64,000 nucleotides of DNA from the human T2T-CHM13v2.0 reference genome, Homo sapiens. Below the pieces are notes generated by a model. The model was not told the DNA's origin. It was given only the letters and a program-made list of their open reading frames with translations, and made no database searches. The stretch is taken from assembly GCF_009914755.1 (NCBI RefSeq), contig NC_060938.1; one strand, 5' to 3'. The first letter of the stretch is position 1, and every line of letters begins with the position of its first letter. Position numbers and translations under genes: made by a program. Below, piece by piece: positions 1 through 4,860 of this stretch.

Positions 1-1155
1 CCAGCTACTCTCCAACCACGCCCACATTTCAGCTGGAGTCAGTTCCAGGCACCCCGGAATCACCACCAAACTCACCAATTTCACTCAGTTACTCCTCAGT
101 CTCTACCACGTCTTTATCTCCAACCCTCAGGGACTCTCCTGTGTGTCCCAGCTACTCTCCAACCATGCCCACACTTCAGCGGGAGTCAGTTCCAGGCACC
201 CAGGAATCACCACCAAACTCACCAATTTCACTCAATTACTCTCCAGTCTCTCTCGTGTCTTCACCAGCCCTCAGGGACTCTCCTGTCTGTCCCAGCTACT
301 CTACAACCACGCCCACATTTCAGCTGGAGTCAGTTCCAGGCACCCCGGAGTCACCACCAAACTCACCAGTTTCACTCAGTTACTCCCCGGTCTCTCTCAT
401 GTCATCACCCCCAGCCCTCAGGGACTCTCCTGTGTGTCCCAGCTACTCTCCAACCATGCCCAGATTCCAGCGGGAGTCAGTTCCAGGCACCCATGTATCA
501 CCACCAAACTCAGCAGTTTCACTGAGTTACTCCCCAGTCTCTCTCATGTCTTCACCCCCAGACCCCTGGGACTCTCCTGTCTGTCCCAGCTACTCTCCCA
601 CCACGCCCAGATTTCAGCGGGAGTCAGCCTCCCACACTCCGGAATCAGATACAGACTCACAGACTTCACTGAACTCCTCCCTGGTCTCTCTCAGGTCTTT
701 GCCCTCATCCCACAGGGACTCTTGTGTCTCTTTCAGCTACTCTCAAAACTTCTCTAGATTCCAGCTGGAGTCAGTTCCAGGCACCCACGATACACCACCG
801 AACTCACGAATTTCACTGACTTACGCCCCAGTCTCCCTCATGTTCTCACCCCCAGCCCTCAGGGACTCTTCTGTCTCTCTCAGCTACTCTCCAACCATCT
901 CCAGATTTCACCTGGAGTCAGCTTCCCACACCCTGGAATCACCTGCAAACTCACGGACCTTACTGCAACCATCCCCCATTTCTTTCACCTCTTCACCCCC
1001 TGCCTTCAGGGACTCTCCTGGGTCTCCCAGCTTCTCTCCAGCCTTCCCCAGATTTCTGCCACAGTCAGCCCCAGGCACCCAGGACAACCCTAGACACTCA
1101 CAGGCCTCACCAGACTATCTCCCTATGACCTGTACCTATACAGGGATGGCTCCCA
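1..1155 (+). repeat. ACRO1: 147-bp satellite monomers (ACRO1-like) inside the ORF, partial unit
   Basis: The GGGACTCTCCTGT..CCCAGCTACTCTCC landmark recurs every 144-147 bp. Confidence 0.8.
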
Positions 1156-1562
1156 CGCATCCCTCAGTGACCCCAAACCCATCTCCACTTACACTCAGGC
1201 ACTCCCAGGGCCTGACAGCTACTCCCCGTTATTGTCCTTCAGTTCGAAGCCCTGGCCAATCTACTAGCCCACATGACGCAGTTACCTGGCCATTTCTCCA
1301 CGGTTCCCGGGAGGGCCCCACACCCAGCCGCACAAGAGCCCCTCCTGCATTCCGTCCTCACACGCAGGCCTGTCCATCTACTTGCTACTGTCACACTCTT
1401 GCCAGCAGAAGAGGCCCCTGTAATGGCCGATATCACCACCCAGTCTATCCTCACCCCACAGCTGTGCAGCGGGAACCCCCTGCTGGCCCACGTGGCTGCC
1501 ACAGCCCATGCTGGCACGACGCTCCAGCAGGTCGGCGTCCCTGCGGGCCAAACTACCGGTGA
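3..1562 (+). CDS. 3' part of Ser/Pro-rich CTD-heptad-like repeat protein (cut by window start)
   Basis: Open frame from base 3 to TGA at 1560-1562; matches the C-terminal half of the 993-aa ORF in the next unit. Confidence 0.6.
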   Translation, partial: SYSPTTPTFQLESVPGTPESPPNSPISLSYSSVSTTSLSPTLRDSPVCPSYSPTMPTLQRESVPGTQESPPNSPISLNYSPVSLVSSPALRDSPVCPSYSTTTPTFQLESVPGTPESPPNSPVSLSYSPVSLMSSPPALRDSPVCPSYSPTMPRFQRESVPGTHVSPPNSAVSLSYSPVSLMSSPPDPWDSPVCPSYSPTTPRFQRESASHTPESDTDSQTSLNSSLVSLRSLPSSHRDSCVSFSYSQNFSRFQLESVPGTHDTPPNSRISLTYAPVSLMFSPPALRDSSVSLSYSPTISRFHLESASHTLESPANSRTLLQPSPISFTSSPPAFRDSPGSPSFSPAFPRFLPQSAPGTQDNPRHSQASPDYLPMTCTYTGMAPTHPSVTPNPSPLTLRHSQGLTATPRYCPSVRSPGQSTSPHDAVTWPFLHGSREGPTPSRTRAPPAFRPHTQACPSTCYCHTLASRRGPCNGRYHHPVYPHPTAVQREPPAGPRGCHSPCWHDAPAGRRPCGPNYR

Positions 1563-1771
1563 CATGTCTAGCGTGACCCTCCTTCCTGGCAGTGACACTG
1601 TTGATGTGAACCCCAATTTCACATCTGTCATTTGTAAATAGGACCATTTTCCCTTTTCGCTCTCCCTTCCATTCACAGGGCTTTTCATTCTCTCTGTTAC
1701 TGCCTCCGTTTCAGATATTTACTCACCTTTTTCTCTCTCACTATGTCTGCCGTGGGCTCCATGAGAGTGCG

Positions 1772-2105
1772 CCACATAAGATTCCCCCATTAAAAGTCAT
1801 GAATTGAGTGGCTTTTAGTATACCTGTGGTTGTGCACATTCAAATTTAATTCGCAATTCATTGTAGAACGTCTTATCACTCCCGGCCAGAGAAAAACCCT
1901 GTAGACATTAGTCACTCCTCATTCTGTCTCAAACCCTCTCCCTCACCCGCAGCCCTAGGTAGCAACTACCTAGTGCGATCAATCCCATATGCATAGATTA
2001 CCATATTGTGGACATTTCCTATAAGCGGAATTGCACAATAGGGGAGCTGTTATGACTGACATAACACGTAACACAATATTTTCAAGATTCGTCCACATTG
2101 TAGGC
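1772..2105 (-). mobile_element. Old LINE-1 (L1MB/L1M-like) 3' end fragment, antisense; present in every unit
   Basis: Resembles the reverse-strand L1M 3' UTR: 'aattgagtggcttttagtata...ttgtgcac...cattagtcactcctcattc...ggacatttcctataagcggaat...ttttcaagattcgtccacattgtag'. Subfamily and boundaries are approximate. Confidence 0.75.
1789..1794 (+). terminator. Candidate proximal poly(A) signal ATTAAA (next unit 8069-8074)
   Basis: ATTAAA lies ~230 bp after the ORF stop, followed ~30 bp later by GT-rich 'ctgtggttgtg'. Confidence 0.4.
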
Positions 2106-2171
2106 TTACCCACAGGGGGAAACCATTTTTTTGGGGGCTTTTAGTAACACCGGTGTTTTCTCCTTCGTTAC

Positions 2172-2275
2172 GTCCTTCTTTCCTTCCTTCCTTCCTTCCT
2201 TCCTTCCTGACTTCCTTCTTTCCTTCCCTCCTTCCTCCTATTTCTCTCTTACTCCTTCTGCCCTCTCTCTTTCCT
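2172..2275 (+). repeat. (CCTT)n / CT-rich polypyrimidine microsatellite, every unit
   Basis: tccttctttccttccttccttccttcc...; expanded by 8 bp in the copy at ~14735-14780. Confidence 0.9.
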
Positions 2276-2933
2276 ATGCCTTAGGTGCATCCCACATTCT
2301 GCGTTTTTTTGGGGAAATCCTCGACAGGTGCAGGAAAATTGTGTTATTGTAACTATTTACCGTTATCTCTCTTTCACGGCTCTCCATCAGTTGTGAACAT
2401 CTATTGGTTTATCCCAAGTCTCTAAGCATATTTTCATTAGGTAAACCTGTTTTTCCTTATACAGCTGTTTCTGGAGTATAGGGTCGCATACTCATAAACC
2501 CAGTGTAACTCAGAAACGCATCTAATATTCCAGTAAACCCATCATAACGTTGAAAAATCGTAAATCAAACCATCATAAGTCACGGTTTGTCCGTGGATAT
2601 GGGCCTCATCAATTCCATTGTATTCAGTAATGCTGTACACCATTAACAATGGCAGACTGATTGGGAGTGGATATTGATAGCATTATAAAAGTCAGTTATT
2701 AGAGGGATACTTCTTTAACCTGACTGAAGAACTGATCTAATGGCTTTAGTACAGTGCATGATTATGTGCGATGTTTTGAGACAGAGTAGTACATTTGTGA
2801 ATGAAATTTTATGGCTTTTTTTTTCACTTAGTAGGAACCATTGTGTGTGGAAAAGTGAGAAAATGGCTTTCTGCTGTAGGGTCTGGCATTCATTGTAGAT
2901 GTAAGCTTATTTTTCTGTGAGCAAATCTTATTC

Positions 2934-2969
2934 AATAAAATACTACTCTTTATACTAAAAAACAAAAAC
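2934..2969 (+). terminator. AATAAA followed by an A-rich tract (candidate distal poly(A) site or retrocopy tail)
   Basis: AATAAA at 2934-2939, then aaaaaacaaaaac starting at ~2957. Confidence 0.4.
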
Positions 2970-2979
2970 AGTGGTGATG

Positions 2980-3312
2980 TGTGGTCATTATCCTCAGCAA
3001 ACTTATCCAGGGAAAGAAAACCAAACGCCACAACTCACTTATAATGGGAGCTGAAAAATGAGATCCCATGGACACAGGAAGGGGAACAACACACACTGGG
3101 GCCTTCCGGGAGACAGAGCGTTAAGAAAAACAGCTACTGCATGCTGGGATTAATACCTAGGTGATGGGTTGACAGGTGCAGCAAACCACCATGGCACACG
3201 TTTACCTTAGTAACAAATCTGCACATCATGCACATATACCCCAGAACTTAGGAACGAAACGAAACAAAAGACAACGAAAAAGCAACAGCAAAACGCTAAA
3301 GGCAAAATAAAG
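2980..3312 (+). mobile_element. LINE-1 L1PA-like 3' end with decayed A tail; present in every unit
   Basis: Typical L1PA 3' UTR motifs 'cattatcctcagcaaact', 'ctcacttataa..gggagctgaa', 'taatacctaggtgatgggttgacaggtgcagcaaaccaccatggcacacgtttacct..gtaacaaa.ctgcacatc.tgcacat.tacccc.gaactta', followed by an A-rich tail. Confidence 0.9.
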
Positions 3313-3459
3313 TTTCAAACTGAGAAAGTGACAGACCAACGTCTGGTTCAAATCATGGTTCTCAACCCAGGTGCCATAAGGTCAGGATAAAGGATGTGAT
3401 TACATATTGTCAATAAGACATGCAGCAAATGACCAGAATGATTATTCTCAACATATGAG

Positions 3460-3925
3460 TGTCTTCTAATTCAATGGCGACGCTATCTACCGGGACATAG
3501 CATTAGATTCCAAAGGGCCGAGTCCCGCCAGACAGGCCTCCCACACTAATAACAATGGGAAGCCCTACGTTGCTTTACCTGTGCTTCTCAGCCACTGGCT
3601 ATAAATCAGGTTGCCACCACTCCCAGATTTAGTTGCATTCATTTGCTGGAAGAGCTCACAGCACGCAGGGAAACACATTTGCCGTTGTATTTTAGCGGAC
3701 ATTGCACAAAGTTCAGAAATAAATGTGGGGCCCGGCATGTGGGGAGGGGCGCACTACCTTCCAGGAAGTGCTATCCAGAAGCTCTCTGAACCCAGTCCTT
3801 TTGGGTTTTGATGGAGACCTCATTCTATAGGCATGATGGGTTAAACCATAGGCTATTGGTGATCAACTCCACCTGGGGCTCTCCACCCTCCCTGGAAATT
3901 GGGGTTGAGGCTTTGCCATCCTCAG
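3460..3925. mobile_element. MER21-like LTR fragment; present in every unit
   Basis: Recalled MER21-type motifs: 'ctggctataaatcagg', 'atttgctgga.gagctcacag', 'gaagctctctgaacccagtccttttgggtttt.atggag', 'attggtgatcaactc'. Orientation and boundaries are not determined. Confidence 0.65.
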
Positions 3926-3992
3926 TCTGACTAAAAGAATTTACCCAAACGGAATTTTAAAACCGATGAGCATAACTGGAATCTTAATTAGA

Positions 3993-4003
3993 TGATTGGA
4001 TTA
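3993..4003 (-). promoter_or_regulatory. DUX4-type double-homeodomain motif (TAATCCAATCA on the minus strand)
   Basis: TGATTGGATTA is a perfect match to TAAYYYAATCA, with an adjacent TAATTA. Also present at 10273, 16561, 22841, 29121, 35401, 41681, 47960, 54239 and 60518. Confidence 0.6.
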
Positions 4004-4169
4004 TCTGGAGCCACACCTTGATATTCCTAACCCGAGCACCCTCATCCAACGAATGCTCCACCCAACTGGCTCCCAAGTCTCTACGTGGTTCCAGAGCAAA
4101 AGGATGTTGATACAACGCATATCTCCACCTTTTCTTCAAAGTCTTTACGCTTACACGGAAAGACTTCTT

Positions 4170-4235
4170 CAACTGCCATGCATCAGGGTCAGGGGGAGGT
4201 CTTGTTACAACACAGATCTGCGGATCTCCGGGGTT
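4170..4235. mobile_element. Possible short MER5-like DNA transposon remnant
   Basis: 'tgcatcagggtcagggggaggtcttgttacaacacagat' resembles MER5A 'tgcatcagaatcacctggagggcttgttaaaacacagat'; short and diverged. Confidence 0.35.
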
Positions 4236-4369
4236 TGACTGTGGCAAGGATGCTGCTGGTGTCAAAACCACAACGTGGGAACCACAGAACCACTAGTGGG
4301 TTTTCAGTGTTTCAGTGCATACAATTCCTAATATATCTGGCTAAGAAAACTTGTAAGTTCTTAGATTGT

Positions 4370-4383
4370 CCCAAAGGTGGCGC
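4370..4383 (+). promoter_or_regulatory. Possible CTCF-like site
   Basis: CCCAAAGGTGGCGC matches 11 of 14 positions of CCACCAGGTGGCGC. Confidence 0.3.
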
Positions 4384-4489
4384 ATGAAATCAAAGCAGGA
4401 GAACAGTTTCCTTACGAGGTGTAGCCTGGGAAAGTTGGGGGTGACTGATGGAAAGGAGGAGTGAAGCTCCACCCTTTCCGCTGCTAGGC

Positions 4490-4625
4490 TGCGGCCGAGG
4501 CAATTTAAACCCACCCTGGCTGGCCTGTACTCAGATCTTCGCGGAGCGGATCAGCGGCCGGAGCGTTTGGCGGACTCTGCGTGGACTTGGAGCTCACAGA
4601 GTCTTGCGACTTGGAAGCGGATTCA
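4490..4625 (+). promoter_or_regulatory. Candidate Pol II core promoter: TATA-like ATTTAAA (4503-4509), Inr TCAGATC (4531-4537), CpG-rich leader
   Basis: The TATA-like box lies 30 bp upstream of the A in a YYANWYY Inr match. A local CpG cluster is present, and there is no ATG between 4533 and the ORF ATG at 4861. Recurs in every unit. Confidence 0.55.
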
Positions 4626-4658
4626 GAGGACAGGACAGAACACTTGGACAAGTGAATC

Positions 4659-4688
<30 letters not shown>
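4659..4688 (+). repeat. (TCTG)n microsatellite, every unit
   Basis: tctgtctgtctg... read directly. Confidence 0.95.
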
Positions 4689-4689
<1 letters not shown>

Positions 4690-4737
4690 CATTGGTTGGT
4701 TGATTTCCATTTTCTTAAGGGGCACATACCTCACACC

Positions 4738-4799
4738 GCACACACACAAACACACACACGCACACACACACACACACACGCACACACACGCACACACAC
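4738..4799 (+). repeat. Interrupted (CA)n microsatellite, every unit
   Basis: cacacacaaacacacacacgcacac... read directly. Confidence 0.95.
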
Positions 4800-4860
4800 T
4801 CCTTCCTTCTGCGAGTTAGAACATTAGTAGGGGCCCCTGGGAGCTGCAGGTTTCCTAAAC

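Noticed and set aside
2131-4827. Short spacer ORFs (60-123 aa)
   Set aside because: They lie in TE remnants or microsatellites (e.g. HTHTH, CVCVC, PSFL translations), and many start at non-ATG codons.
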